The notes under the pieces: model-generated | Database searches by the model: none | What the model was told of the DNA's origin: nothing | Seen by the model: only the letters and a program-made list of their open reading frames with translations | Origin: Nymphaea colorata | Taxonomy: Eukaryota | Reading direction: 5' to 3' | NCBI RefSeq assembly: GCF_008831285.2 | Contig: NC_045138.2 | Span: 5,456,001 to 5,520,000, forward strand | Length of the DNA stretch: 64,000 bases | Shown here: piece after piece, positions 1 to 12,328 of the stretch | Numbering within the stretch: position 1 is the first letter of the stretch | Layout of the letters: each line of letters starts with the position of its first letter | Translations under genes and position numbers: made by a program

Positions 1-1403
1 AACATAAATACATGGTAGCAACAATGAACTTTGTGAGGAGATTACTTCAACAATGTGGAATGACTATGTTTCAAGTAAGATATTGATTGTGTAACATTCT
101 CAATATATTATATGTCATTGTTTTAATTATACTTGATTATTTTAATACTTTATGGTGATAACCTAATTATTTGTTTGTCTTTTTAATTTCTGAAATGTAG
201 GAACCAGACGGTGATGCATCTTTTCAAGTATTGCATGACCTCGACGAGAAGAGTAGTGTGCAGGACAAAAGACTAGTTATTTAGGAAGTTGTCATAGTTG
301 TTTTTGTTTTATGGCTTACAACAATTAAATATTTTAAACAATTTGTACGAAACCATGGTGTTTTGGTTCATCAGTGGTGGTGAAGGCGTTGTCTGGGCAT
401 GATTCTGCCCTAACATGATCATTTGGATGGTGGTTAGGTGCCTCTCTGTTACCATTGGAAGCAAGTTGACGATGGTGTCTTCCTCATTGTTGTCTACAAT
501 GCTGTGATACATGCGAATATGTCAACGTTGTACTTTGCTTTTACATTCGATGTAATAATCTCTGCTTCATCTATCAGATACTTTTGTAATTGCTCGATAC
601 TTGTTAATACTTGTTAACATTGATAGGGAAAATTGTGAGATGTCCGTTTTTATACTATAGCATTATGAAAGAATGATTCATTTTATGTCTAATTGAAAGC
701 CTTTCTTGCTTGAACTGTAAAGATATTTGAAGAGATGTCATGTAGTGGCTAAGAGACTCGCCAGATCTCTTTCTTTCCATCATATTCTTCTTGTGAAAAT
801 GTCAACTGTTCTTTCAGTTTTTCACAAAAGCTTTGTCACAACTGTGGTTGTGACATTCTGAACTGGTTTTTATGTATTTGATTAAATGTATGCTTTTACT
901 CCTTACAAGAAGAGTTCATTTGAAATGCTTTCAGAACCGAGCACGCTCTTATATTTTTTGAGCATGTTCCTTCCAAAGTGATGTGAATGTTTCTTCCTTT
1001 GTTCATTGGTGTTTTGTATTGCTTCCTGATAAAAGGCTTCTTAATTTTTTGTTTTTTCTTATTTATTGCTATTGAAGTTGTACTTGTAAATAAAATATTC
1101 TCTGGAAATAAATACAAGAGATATTGAAATTGAAGGTTTCTTTCAGTATAAACGTCAGACATGATTAAACATCGAACAAAATGGATAGATCAGACAAGAC
1201 AAAAACAAACATCAGACAGGACGGACAAAACAGACAAAATAGACACACACGAAACAAACGCCGGACAAAAAGAACATAGTGTTCTGTTCCTAAAATCATC
1301 AAACGGTGGACAAGGAACACAATTGCCCATGAGGACAGGACAATGGTGTAATGGACAGGACGTCCTGTCTGTCCTGTCCCAATGGACAGCAATCAAACGA
1401 CCT
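1..1403 (+). mobile_element. 3' end of a PIF/Harbinger-like DNA transposon (degenerate, truncated by window start)
   Basis: 35-94 translates EEITSTMWNDYVSS..., resembling the C-terminal 'R.EIA..MW.DY' motif of PIF/Harbinger transposases. The element ends in CAATCAAACGACC(T) followed by TTAA, a Harbinger-type terminus. GGACA/AGACA subterminal repeats occur at 1190-1400. Confidence 0.6.
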
Positions 1404-2732
1404 TTAAAGGAACAGTATCGAACATTGTCACTTCGACAACATCAATAATAAGTTCCATAACCAGCACAGTTTTGTTAATATGTATAAAAAATGTGAAGCA
1501 TGACTAGATAGATCAGAATTTAACCCAATCCTGTCCAGACCAGTTCAAGTTCAAACCTTCTACTGTTTCATTTTCTGAGCTGAAGTACTGTATGAAACAC
1601 ATGCAAACCAAAATTCTTAGGATTCAAACCTCTAAGTCTGTACTCTACAGAGTTTCAGAACTTTCGCCAAAGCAACCTTTGTCCCAGTTTTAACATAATT
1701 CAGAGACAATGAGACACCAAAGCATAAAAAGCTAAATGGCTAGTTATATAGTGAACAGCTTCTGAACCCACCAAGTTCCTGAAGAACAGCCATTTTCTAG
1801 GACTCAAACACAGAATATTTAATTATATTCGGAGGTTTACATGTTTAAGTTAAGTTTTACTTCATAAAAGAAGATCCACATGTCACCTCATTCAAACAGG
1901 GTTCCAATAGCAATAGCTTGAAAGTAAGCATAGTGGACCCATTCTGGTCTCTAGATTCTTTTGCATCATTCATAAAAAGGAAGAGTAATTAAAACCTAAA
2001 CAAAATTCACGACAGAATTTTAAAGGGTTGGCTCATATACAATTTCTTTTATCCTCCCTTAAATTGAAGTCTAACATGCGGATGCTAATACAACAAGCTC
2101 AAGGCTGGAAGCCTGACACCTCATTATGGCTCCGAAAGGGAGTCGCTTTTTACCAAGCAGAATCAGGTTTTCAGATGAATAGATTTTCTGGTTACACACT
2201 AAACATAAAATTAACAGAATGAAGTTGAACTGACAAGGAACCAACACAACCGATGTTGGCTATGTCTTAATTTTATGCAGGACATATAAAAGACTAGTCT
2301 ATTATTTAAGTCCCACCAAAAAAACCAGTCATCCAAAAGAGGCATATTTTGTCTAAACAAACTAAGGATTATGTCAGGTAAAATCTGAAATGTGGCAATC
2401 CATTTCTTGACCAATCAACTAAAATGCCTGCTGAATTGCATTTGAGGAAGGCTTTTAGATGTTCTAATCAACTTCTTGTTTGATCCTTTGCTGATATCAT
2501 CAGGCATTGTAATACTATTACAAGATATTCATGTGTTCCAGTAATGACAATGTGTAAATGCCCTTACATAGGTTGAACTTCATGAGGTGTCTAACACTGT
2601 TCAGCTAATTTCCTCACAATAGTACTGCTAATGCATACATACATTAATATAAAGGGATGTGGAATTTTCTAAAATAAACTTTCAGAATCCATAAACATTA
2701 AAATAACATCCACGCCATGAGGCTTATGCTAA

Positions 2733-2952
2733 GAGGTCATTTTGATTGTTGTCCATTGGGACAAGACAGACAGGACGTCCTGTCCACCACACTACTATCA
2801 TGTCCTTGTGGGCAATGATGTTTTTTGTCTACCGTTTGATGATTTTAGGAACTGAACACTACGTTTCTTTTGTATGGCGTTTGTTTCGCATATGTCTGCT
2901 ATGTCTGTTCTGTCGTCTTATCTGACGTTTGTTTCTGCCATGTCTGATCTCC
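2733..2952. mobile_element. Fragment of the same Harbinger-family terminus, inverted relative to 1190-1403
   Basis: AGGTCATTTTGATTGTTGTCCATTGGGACAAGACAGACAGGACGTCCTGTCCA... is a diverged reverse complement of about 1190-1403. Confidence 0.65.
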
Positions 2953-3203
2953 AATGTTTGTGTCTTCCATGGTAATTTTTGTCTGGGTTCATCATTTGTA
3001 GGAAGATAAACCATCTCTTTCAAGTCCCTTCATCAATGTTCTTGTATCCCTTATTATGCATATCTCCAGACTGATTGGTTAATCAACATAATAGTTAAGC
3101 AACATTGGAGGTACATTAAATGTACAGAAATGGGCTAGGCTGGTCCTTCAGCTCAGAGGTTCTTGTTTATTACTTTCAAATAAACAGGGGCCTCTTCAAT
3201 AGT

Positions 3204-3625
3204 GGGCCATGTTTAGATCATAGTTATAGAAAACATGTTTTTTTCAAAAAAAAATGAAAAAAATGAGATAAATTAACTATTTGTCTTAAACTCTAAAAAA
3301 CGTGTTGTTTTGAAAAAAAAAAAGTAAAACATTTTTGCGTGTTTCCAAGTTTTTTATGTTTTTTTCACTTTTTTCATTTTTATCAGTTTTTTTAATGTCA
3401 AACAGTTTTTTTATTTTATATTTTTTATTTGTTGTCAATCTACTTATCTTTTGATGTTTGTGTTATTAATTTCTCACTTATTTTATTTTTTTCTTATTTT
3501 TAATTTTTTTAAAAATTTTAAAAATTTATTGTATTTTTCTGTTTTTTTCAAACTCACCGTATTATACTCGAAAAAAACCTTATCATTTAAAACTTCAAAA
3601 CGTTAACGTTATTTGTGACTATGGA
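3204..3625. mobile_element. AT-rich MITE-like dispersed repeat (family also at ~20322-20672 and ~30846-31225)
   Basis: It shares a terminal motif (GTTATTTGTGACTATG / CACAGTCACAAATAAC / CATAATCACAAATAAC) and an internal A/T-tract pattern with two other copies in the window. Confidence 0.55.
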
Positions 3626-3938
3626 CTTTACATTATCTTTGTCACTGTTTCCGAGTGTAACCAAGAAGACACATTGTTCCCTCCCTGTGAAGGTGTAGAA
3701 TAATGGTCTATTTCTCACTAGAACATGCCAGGAATGAGATGAGAACATAAAGTCGTTGATGCCCATCTTTTCGTTGGACATGCATAAAAGTTTCGACCTC
3801 CAACTAATCCAACTTGGTCAAAATTCAAACAAATAGACATTCATTGTCCGATTACACATCAAAAGCCCACAGTAACTTTGTCAACAAATAATAGTCATCA
3901 TCATTGCTTCAATAAAGTCACATCACTAAAGCTGATTA

Positions 3939-5330
3939 GTATGAAGTGACGCAGTGGGAAAGAGGACTGCTCCTCTAACCAAGGTCAATACCTAAATTGA
4001 ACGAGAACATAAAAAGAAATAGAAATAACTGAAAAAAGGAAACTCAAAGAAGGAAATTGCAAAAACTGATTGCAAATGAGACTCTAAACATATTTATATA
4101 CCCTAAAACGGATCCCTGGATCTGAATCCAAACAAAACAACAATAAATAAAAATCCAAACACTCTTATTGCTTCACTTGCGTCTTTACTCTTCCGCTGGA
4201 AACAGTAGCGGAGCTACCATGGAGCTGGTGTGGGCAACTGCCCACCCCAACCTGTATATTTCTTTATAAAATTTTTATTGATCATGTGTTGTACTGATAC
4301 ATGCCGGGTGCCCACACTAGACCCATGCCCTCAGCTAAAAATTTTTAGCTCCGCCACTACGAAACCAAATCTCATCTTCAAAGATATACCGGTAGAAGGC
4401 AATGTTGGGTTTCTAAAACGGATGACTTAAGTTTGGATTTGAGTTTGTGTTTGGGATCGGGTTTGAGTTTTGTCTCAGGTAAAGAGACAGATAGGTTTGC
4501 TTTGGGTTTAGAAAGGAAATCGGACTGGGTTTAGGGTAAGCGAGTTCTTTGGAGGTTGGAACCGGTTTATGGGCGGAAAGAACCGGCCTGAAATAGGCTA
4601 TACCCCGGTGTATCATGCACAAAACCGGACTGACTCGGGTTTTATAACCACCCGGGTCCCAAATCCGGTCCTGAGCCCAGAAGTTGGGTCCAGACCCAAG
4701 AGCACCGTCGAGCCCTAGCTGGCTAGCTCGTCGACCGCCACGAATGTCTCCGCCTGCATCGGTTCGTGCGGTTGCTGATGACCCACGATGGTGGGTGGTT
4801 CGATCGTCGCCCATTCAATGCTCATCCCAGTCGCCTGCTCGTCTCTAGGGGGACTTCTTCCACTCAGCAGGAGGCACTTCAAACGCCTCACTATCTTCGT
4901 GGCTTGTTTCCAGTTGCTGCCCCGAACGGCCACCATTGACTACAGTGTCCTTCGATGCCTCCTCCGTTGGCAGTCGAAGGATGCTTTGTGGTTCTAAGAT
5001 CATCCTCAGATTTTCTTCGATGTATATCATTCGTGCTTCCATCAAGCAACGCCTTCACCCATTCATGCTTCCATCTGGAATCATCCGACTTAAAGTTTTT
5101 CTGATTTGATTTTTCCATTTGAACAAGCTTTTCTTCTCTGGGATCCTTTTCACGCAACATTTATCCATTGGTTCGGGCGAAACATCAGATTTTCAAGTGT
5201 TTTTTCTGAAGAAAAATCCAAGCACTCTTATAATCTTATTGCTCCGCTCCTGCATCATGAAGTCTCCAAGGGTGTTGTGCCATGAAAACAGCTCAGTTCC
5301 AAAATCTCCAGATGGCCCTGCGTGTTAAAA
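3939..5330 (-). mobile_element. Possible degenerate LTR-retrotransposon remnant (LTR-like segment plus gag-like fragments)
   Basis: A minus-strand TATATAAAT lies near 4092-4100, GGATTTG/GGGTTT repeats at 4430-4560, and broken GC-richer ORFs (MEARMIYIEENLRMIL...) at 4700-5300. No diagnostic domain was seen. Confidence 0.3.
4203..4359. mobile_element. Short hAT-type MITE
   Basis: The terminal inverted repeats are CAGTAGCGGAGCTA ... TAGCTCCGCCACTA. No clean target-site duplication was found. Confidence 0.55.
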
Positions 5331-6325
5331 TTCAAGCAAGATTTATCATGAAAGCATACAAGATATTTTCTTCTTTCTTTTCCGCATTTGCATCGAAAGG
5401 AAACGAGAAATCAAAGTTATAATGCTATTTCTTAATTCTCACATATTATTCTGCTTTATATTTTCTCTTTTATGGTTTTCAGAAAAAACTATTCTGGTTG
5501 ATGCATGCAACTGGTGTAAGTGTGAAGTTCTTTGACATTACTAAACCGATTTCATCTCGTATCTTGTTCATGTACGATTAGCACGAGAGCATGTTATAGT
5601 AAGTCAGTAACATTTGTAACAGGTTACTGCTGCTGTTAGTATAAATTCATAAGAAAAAATGCATCAAAAAATTACGCTGTTCAATTGGGTGCTTTCTGGC
5701 AACCCATTGAAAAGGTTACTTGTTCTAAGCCTACTCTTGAAGTGAAACAGTTCACTGCACCTATCATGCTTCGCTTGAATCCATAAGAAACCTCCATGTA
5801 CTGCACACTGTCCCACAAGAAACTCAACTAATGTTTGCAATGTCTATCTCCTTATGTTGATAAGTCAGGGATTCTCCACTGGGCATTGTCCAAATTGTGT
5901 TTTTATGGAAAGGGAAGGAAATTTCAAGAGCTGCAAGGTTCCCCGTGTTATTAGAAAGTAGAAAGTGATACATTACCTTTACATCTGTGTAGCAGTCAAT
6001 ATTACAAGAGATATAAGAGATACAAAGTGCACATCAAGATCCACTGGAGAAACAGCCGGTGCTAGTTGTTTGAAGAAATAACCAGTTGTTACTTTATTTA
6101 ATTGTGAAGCCAAATATGTGACAGTTTCTTCACATTTTTTTTCATGCAATTTGGTTGCAAAATATTTTCAAGAATTTGTTAGTTTCCTATAAAGGCCACA
6201 TTACAATTGTAATGGACATTAAGTCAAGAGAAATTTCGACTAAACAAACAAGACATAAGCAATTGCAAATAAACAAACAACAGAAATTGAAAAATCAAGT
6301 GAAAGCAGGAACAGTGGAAGATAAA

Positions 6326-9300
6326 TCATACATTTCTTTCGACATGATGAAAGCTTAAAGCAAGAAAGAAGGAAATAGGCTTACTGAACCTGCAACCATT
6401 CTTCTTGACCCTTAGGTTGGTGCAGCCGCTGATGACTAACCCTGCTTTGAGGCGATGGCTTAAACCTGGTGGTAATGAAGAAATCTTTTGGCAATCTCTA
6501 AGAGTCAATTCTTCCAGCTTGTGGAGGTTGGAAACCTGCTGTGGCAACGATGTCAGCTCCGGCAGCTCCTCTAAGGTTAGGGACTTCAATTGGACAAGTT
6601 GTTGCAGGCCGTCCGGCAGCAATTTCAGTTGGGGACAGTCGCATATGCTCAGTTCCTGAAGTTTGGAGAGCACCGTCAGCTGTGATTGCTGGGACGATGA
6701 GCCTAGATGTTGCGGTGATATGAGGTCCTCCAGGGTTGTGAGTTTAGGACAGTTTTGGATGGTCAATCGCTCTAGTCTCTTCAGGTTCTGCCAGGACCCC
6801 TGCAATCTCGTGCCTTCAGTAATACCAGATAAGTGCAGAACTTCCAGGTGGGAGAGATGCCACAACCAGTTGGGCATTGGAACCTGTCCCGGTATGCCGG
6901 ACATCCCTAAGATTCTTAGCTCCGGAAGCGCTCCAGTAGGCAGTGGTGCTGATCGATGCGGCCATTCTAGGAAGCCACCCATTCCCAAATTTTTCAGCTT
7001 GGAGAGATGGGGCAGGCTGCCTGCTGGGAAACTTGCTCTTGGGCATCCAAAAACTAGCAGAGTCTCTAGCTCCCTTGGGTGCTTCTCTTCATCCCAGAGA
7101 GTGCACAGCTCTTCGCACATTTCAATGGACATGTATGAAAGAGCAGCAAAATGAGGCAAACTCTTCAACTTTGGACACCCAAACATCTGCAGCCATCGCA
7201 GCTGTGACATTGATGAACCAGTCGACCATCCTTCCCAATTGTTAAGGCTTCTCATTTCCAATTCCTCAAGCCCCCTCAGGCAAGGTAGTTGCTTTAGTCC
7301 GTCGCACTTTTCTACCTTCAGTATTTTCAGCTGTGTCAATGAGACAGACGTGCCTGCTTCAAGCCCCCCTTGATCGTCGTGCAGAGAATGTAAGTTGTTG
7401 CACTCTCTAATTTCGAGTCTCCTGAGTTCTGGAAAGTGAGGTATGGATTCCAACATGGGACACTCGCCTATTTCTACCGTGCTTAGCAGAGGCATAGACT
7501 TTCCCTCCATATCAAGCGGCCAACCCTTCCATTTGGTTAGCAATTTCACTTTCAGGGACTCAAGTTTTGGGAAGCAAGGTACCTGATTCAGCTCCTCAAG
7601 GTTTTCCAGGCTCATTGTTTTCAGTTCTGGCATGAAAGGCAATACCTTCAATCTATTGATCCCATTAATTTCCAATTCTGATAGCTGAGGCATAACAGGG
7701 AAAGTCTCTAAACGATTGCATTTATAGAGATGCAGGCATGTTAGACCAAGAAAATCTGGTACTGATGTGAGGAATGGGCAGTTCTGAAGTCTAAGGTTTC
7801 TTAGGCGCACTTGGTTCTCAGATAGAAGCCAATGAGCAGGAAACCTCCGGCCGCAGTAACCATTCAAGCTTAGACCCTTAAGATCAGGTGGCAGCTGTAG
7901 CACCTCAGATATATTTTCTTGAACTTCTGCTCTTTTCTTTTCCTCTTCTTCAGAAGTTGCCTCATAGACTAGCTCTAAGTCTTCAATATGGTGCTTTTCT
8001 TGCAACATCGCTTCTCTTGCATCATCTATTGACCTGACTCTCTCCAAATGCTCTATGACCAACTGCCCTCTCAATTTTCTTAGTTCCTTTAACTCTCGTA
8101 TGTTGCATCCTGAGTCAGTTCCGTTGGTACCACATATGATATATCTATTCAAGGTACGCAAGCAAGTAAGGTTACCCAAACCTTGGGCCACAAATTGTAA
8201 GTTAGAAGTGTCTCTCAAACCTAGATGCCTCAGGTTCCATAGATGACCTATCTCTTTGGGTATGCTTTTGATTTGGCTACCATCCAACAGCAGAGTCTGC
8301 AAATTGTGCAGTTTACGTATTGAAGCAGGCAACTCCTCTATCTTTGTGTTCATCAAGTCCAGGTGTCTCAATAGAATTAGATCTCCAATGGAATCCGGCA
8401 ACCGCGAGAAACTTCCTCCAGTTAAGTCTAGCACTCTCAGCCTCTTTAAGTTGCTCATGTACCTGTTGAGTGGGAATTCTGTCAACCTTCCATAACACAT
8501 CAATGTTCTCAACACTTTGGTTGCTTGCAGCTCAATTTTATTAAGCGAATCCACATCCCTGCCAAGGACAAGATGGCGAGTTTGCTTATTGACAGAATTG
8601 TAATTGTATTCCTTCCCAACAACGTGTACAGCAAGGTCGTAGATAATGTCGTGCAAGCTCAGAAACACTTTAGACTTGTCTTGCTGAAACAAGCAGCGGC
8701 CTAGGAGGTCATCAATATAACCCTTTGCAATAGTTTCCATGTCGGCTCCTGCATCTTCATCCTCAACAATTCTATGTGCCATGACGTTCTTTATAAAGTC
8801 ATCTTTTGCCAAGGAGTAACCTTTTGGACACAGCCTCAAGTAAGCGAAACAACGTTTTAAAACAGATGGCAGGACATCATAACTTAATACAAGCCCTGGA
8901 AGGAGACTGCTGTTTGAAGATGAAGACATCTTCCAAATTTCACTGTCTGCAATATATTTCCAATCCTCTCTCTCCCTTCTCTTTAAACGCATGGCGCTTC
9001 CGACTGTCTCGATTGCAATTGGCAGCCCCCCACATTTTCTAACTATATCTTCCCCAACTTCTTTCAAGTTCCACCTTGCCAGATCCTCTTCTGTCTCTCC
9101 CTCCTTCAATGCTTTACGCAAAAACAATTGCCAGCCTTCACTAAACGAAAAATTTTCTGGATTATGCATATAAGCTGCTGAAATTTCTTCTGAAATGGTT
9201 TCCATTCTTGTTGTGATTAAGATCCTGCTTCCATGTGCGCCCTTCTTGAGAAGAGCCTCCAACTGCTTCCACCATTCCAAATCCCAAACATCATCGAAAA

Positions 9301-10156
9301 CCAACAAGAATTTCTTCCTCGAGAGTACATTGTTGAGATTGGTACAGAGAGTGTTCAGCCCTGATAGGCCAACGGTACTCCCCTTAACTTCTTGCAGCAT
9401 CCTTTTTGCCAGGTCCTCAGCGTCTACGCATTGAGAGACACATATCCACCACCTGCATTCCTCGAAATGCCTTTCGACTCGACTATCGTTAAAGATCATA
9501 CGGGCAAGTGTCGTCTTCCCCAGGCCTCCAATTCCGACGATGGAAACGATGGGGACGCTGCTACTCTTCCCACACATGATCAAGTCCTCGCGAAGAAGCT
9601 TTTCCACAAGATCGTCCCTGTCAGAGTCCCTCCCCACAATGTCTTCTTCCACCATGAGTGATGTAGTCGCTCTGTTGCTACCAACTGCCCTCCTCTTCTC
9701 TGCTGCTGCAGCCTCCATCCCTTCGAGTTTATAGCGCTTCCTTTCCTTGGATATCTGACTGAGCCTATCGTTCATCGCCTTGATCTTCTTTCCAAGTTGG
9801 TAGCGATGCACTAAATGTCTGCGAAAGCAAGAAATGAAAAGGGTGAAGGGGTCTGTGCATACCCTTTTTCCTCCGATGAGCATCCGCTTGTGATCATCTT
9901 TGGCAGATTTTGCTTGGTACTCGTCGATGACATCCTCGGCATCATAAGCTACGTCCTTGAGCTTCTGCAACCAGTCCTTCACTTCCTCGTCCTTTAAGTA
10001 TGGCAGGCCATCTGCAACTTCTGCAACTGCCTGAATTGCTTCAAACTCGCTCTTCAGATTTTGAAGATCTTCCTTTGCGTTCCAGATGAGCCCAACCTCG
10101 TAGGAAATACGGGCTCCCAGTTCTTTCGCCACAGAGGAAATGATGGCCGATGTCAT
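6326..10156 (-). CDS. CC-NBS-LRR (CNL, Rx-type coiled coil) disease-resistance protein, 1276 aa ORF
   Basis: The ORF is uninterrupted and has an EDVID motif (YDAEDVIDEY), P-loop GIGGLGKTT, kinase-2 LLVFDDVW, RNBS-B GSRILITTR, GLPL (CGGLPIA), RNBS-D (CFAY), an MHD variant LHD, and many LxxLxLxx LRRs. The last ~20 codons may be intronic (possible donors near 6383-6392). Confidence 0.95.
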   Translation of the reverse strand: MTSAIISSVAKELGARISYEVGLIWNAKEDLQNLKSEFEAIQAVAEVADGLPYLKDEEVKDWLQKLKDVAYDAEDVIDEYQAKSAKDDHKRMLIGGKRVCTDPFTLFISCFRRHLVHRYQLGKKIKAMNDRLSQISKERKRYKLEGMEAAAAEKRRAVGSNRATTSLMVEEDIVGRDSDRDDLVEKLLREDLIMCGKSSSVPIVSIVGIGGLGKTTLARMIFNDSRVERHFEECRWWICVSQCVDAEDLAKRMLQEVKGSTVGLSGLNTLCTNLNNVLSRKKFLLVFDDVWDLEWWKQLEALLKKGAHGSRILITTRMETISEEISAAYMHNPENFSFSEGWQLFLRKALKEGETEEDLARWNLKEVGEDIVRKCGGLPIAIETVGSAMRLKRREREDWKYIADSEIWKMSSSSNSSLLPGLVLSYDVLPSVLKRCFAYLRLCPKGYSLAKDDFIKNVMAHRIVEDEDAGADMETIAKGYIDDLLGRCLFQQDKSKVFLSLHDIIYDLAVHVVGKEYNYNSVNKQTRHLVLGRDVDSLNKIELQATKVLRTLMCYGRLTEFPLNRYMSNLKRLRVLDLTGGSFSRLPDSIGDLILLRHLDLMNTKIEELPASIRKLHNLQTLLLDGSQIKSIPKEIGHLWNLRHLGLRDTSNLQFVAQGLGNLTCLRTLNRYIICGTNGTDSGCNIRELKELRKLRGQLVIEHLERVRSIDDAREAMLQEKHHIEDLELVYEATSEEEEKKRAEVQENISEVLQLPPDLKGLSLNGYCGRRFPAHWLLSENQVRLRNLRLQNCPFLTSVPDFLGLTCLHLYKCNRLETFPVMPQLSELEINGINRLKVLPFMPELKTMSLENLEELNQVPCFPKLESLKVKLLTKWKGWPLDMEGKSMPLLSTVEIGECPMLESIPHFPELRRLEIRECNNLHSLHDDQGGLEAGTSVSLTQLKILKVEKCDGLKQLPCLRGLEELEMRSLNNWEGWSTGSSMSQLRWLQMFGCPKLKSLPHFAALSYMSIEMCEELCTLWDEEKHPRELETLLVFGCPRASFPAGSLPHLSKLKNLGMGGFLEWPHRSAPLPTGALPELRILGMSGIPGQVPMPNWLWHLSHLEVLHLSGITEGTRLQGSWQNLKRLERLTIQNCPKLTTLEDLISPQHLGSSSQQSQLTVLSKLQELSICDCPQLKLLPDGLQQLVQLKSLTLEELPELTSLPQQVSNLHKLEELTLRDCQKISSLPPGLSHRLKAGLVISGCTNLRVKKNGCRFSKPISFFLALSFHHVERNV

Positions 10157-10488
10157 CCTTCTGTGTCCTCTCTGTTAGTGTTGGGTATTTCACAGGCAGA
10201 GGAAAGTTGAGAGATGGTGCAAGGGAAAGCAGAGATCTCTCTTCATATACATGTTTCACGCTCGCATGTCCTTTTCTTTTGTGGGGCATTCAATCATCAT
10301 CTATCCTAACATTGAGGCCACATCAGATTTTGCTTATGGAAACAAACTTTAACTGGAATAGCATCCTTATTCAGATGATGATAATTGTTGAATTCATGTC
10401 CAACAATTGGATGAAAAATCCTTAAAGAACGGTTGCACAGACATGTAAAACTTAGGTGTCATTGCCAGCAAAAGATGGTAAGAATGTA

Positions 10489-10853
10489 CACTGCAAATTG
10501 AAACTGCCATCGTCAAATTGCTCATTAATTAATTCACTATAATTTATTCCCACTTGTTGAAAAGAAAAACATCATCAACAAAGCATCAAAGGTATGTGCT
10601 GGAAGTTGTACTAACGTGCAAGTTGAAGCATGCACGGGAAAAGTACTATCTAGAGACTTGAATTCTTTTCGTGAGCGATAGGATGAAATACTGATAGTAA
10701 TCACTAAAGAAATAATGGTTGCACCTTATAACACACCATGGTGTGGATGTCCACTGCAAAATGACAATGCCATCGTCAAATTGCTCATTAATTTAAGTCT
10801 TGAAATTCACTCCAATTTATTCCCCCTTGTTGAAAAGAAAAAGACCATCCAAC
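10489..10853. repeat. Diverged ~90-100 bp direct duplication upstream of the NLR
   Basis: CACTGCAAA.TGA....TGCCATCGTCAAATTGCTCATTAATT...AATTTATTCCC.CTTGTTGAAAAGAAAA occurs at ~10489-10580 and ~10752-10853. Confidence 0.7.
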
Positions 10854-10896
10854 GTTTCTTGCAAGGAAGTTCAACTCCAGCTCAAATGCTTGTTAG

Positions 10897-10898
<2 letters not shown>

Positions 10899-10954
<56 letters not shown>
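10899..10954. repeat. (AT)n microsatellite
   Basis: Read directly. Similar tracts occur at ~12293-12326, ~33638-33672 and ~59555-59614. Confidence 0.95.
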
Positions 10955-10957
<3 letters not shown>

Positions 10958-11764
10958 CCGCCAATTAGTGGCAATATACATTTATATGATCGTCGTTATT
11001 TAAAAGGTTAGGTCGCTCAATATAGTAATGAATGGATCAGCTCAATAATAAACAATAACCTAGAGAAGTGGCTCTGAAGACTCAGAACCACATGAAGTCA
11101 ACTTTTCCATTAATTTTTTATTTTTTATTTATTTTTATTTCTCTTGAAGATGACTGAAAGTTTGTTACGTCCATCTTAAATAACTCTAGAAAGTAGAAAA
11201 CTAGAATTTTCAAATAATTAAGCAGTTGGTGTGAACCATTATGAATCAGCCACAATATTGTCCCCCAACCAATTACAATTCAAAAAATCTCTGCCTTAAA
11301 GCTGAATCTCCACCAAATCAGCAGGAAAATGTATGATGGCAGGAAATAAATATATGAAATGAATATCCAAATTGAATGAGCAGGGTCTCCTACCGCCGCA
11401 AAAGAAAGCCGAAATTCCCACCCAACTTCTTATTCTCATAGTCTACATGCTGTTTTCATTCTCATAATCTCCTTTTGTAGCATACAGGTTTGGTGTTATG
11501 AGAATTGGAAACGAGAGCCGGCTGCCTGAAGCTCCAGCCTGGTTTGACCTGACTTTATATATATATATCAGCTGGCCACCTCTATACCTGGATGGATCAT
11601 GATTTTAAAAAAAAAAAACTTTGTATCGCTAAAAGAACATCATAAAAAGTGTGTTCCGTTGTTAAAACCATGGCCAAACGACTAGTTATTGCAAATATAT
11701 CTTCTGTGGTGGTTTTCAGTCATAGGTTTAGCACCGGAAATGAGGCCTTGATTTGAATATTTAT

Positions 11765-11798
11765 GTGTGTGTGTGTGTGTTAGAGAGAGAGAGAGAGA
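11765..11798. repeat. Compound (GT)n(AG)n microsatellite
   Basis: Read directly. Confidence 0.9.
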
Positions 11799-12291
11799 TT
11801 TATCAAAGAAGAGGGACACGAACAGGCCTTGGCCTTATAATGGCACCTCTCAATACCATCAGTACAGCACGCTCAAAAAATCAAATCGAAGATGTGTCTG
11901 CAATATGTCACCCAACCCAACAGGTTGCACTGTTTACCACTTGGTGAAAAAGAGAAAGAAAGAGAGAAAAAAAAATGACGACCCATTTCATATAAACCCG
12001 AAGTCAAGACTGGCAACAATGGGTAGGGTAACAATGTTTTCATGGCTGTCTTTGTCAACTGAACCATCTTCTTAAAATTAACTTTACTCGGCGAAAATTC
12101 AGAGTGTACCATTGACCTTTTCTGTTTCGACGCCAAAAAACAAACCGTGGATTTTTCGCAAATAATTTAATTATTTGTAGCCTGAGCCGGCTCGTCAGCA
12201 GGTTGATAATTGAAAGAAAAGATGATGATGAAATAGTAAAACAAAAGTGAGGCCTCTGATTACCCTGATAATTTTCAAAGCCAAGACCAGA

Positions 12292-12328
<37 letters not shown>

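Noticed and set aside
6405..9997. Many plus-strand ORFs (up to 163 aa) overlapping the NLR
   Set aside because: They are antisense shadows of the long NLR frame, with no independent motifs.
10715..11011. ORFs containing IYIYIY runs (also 59402-59707)
   Set aside because: They are translations of (AT)n microsatellites.
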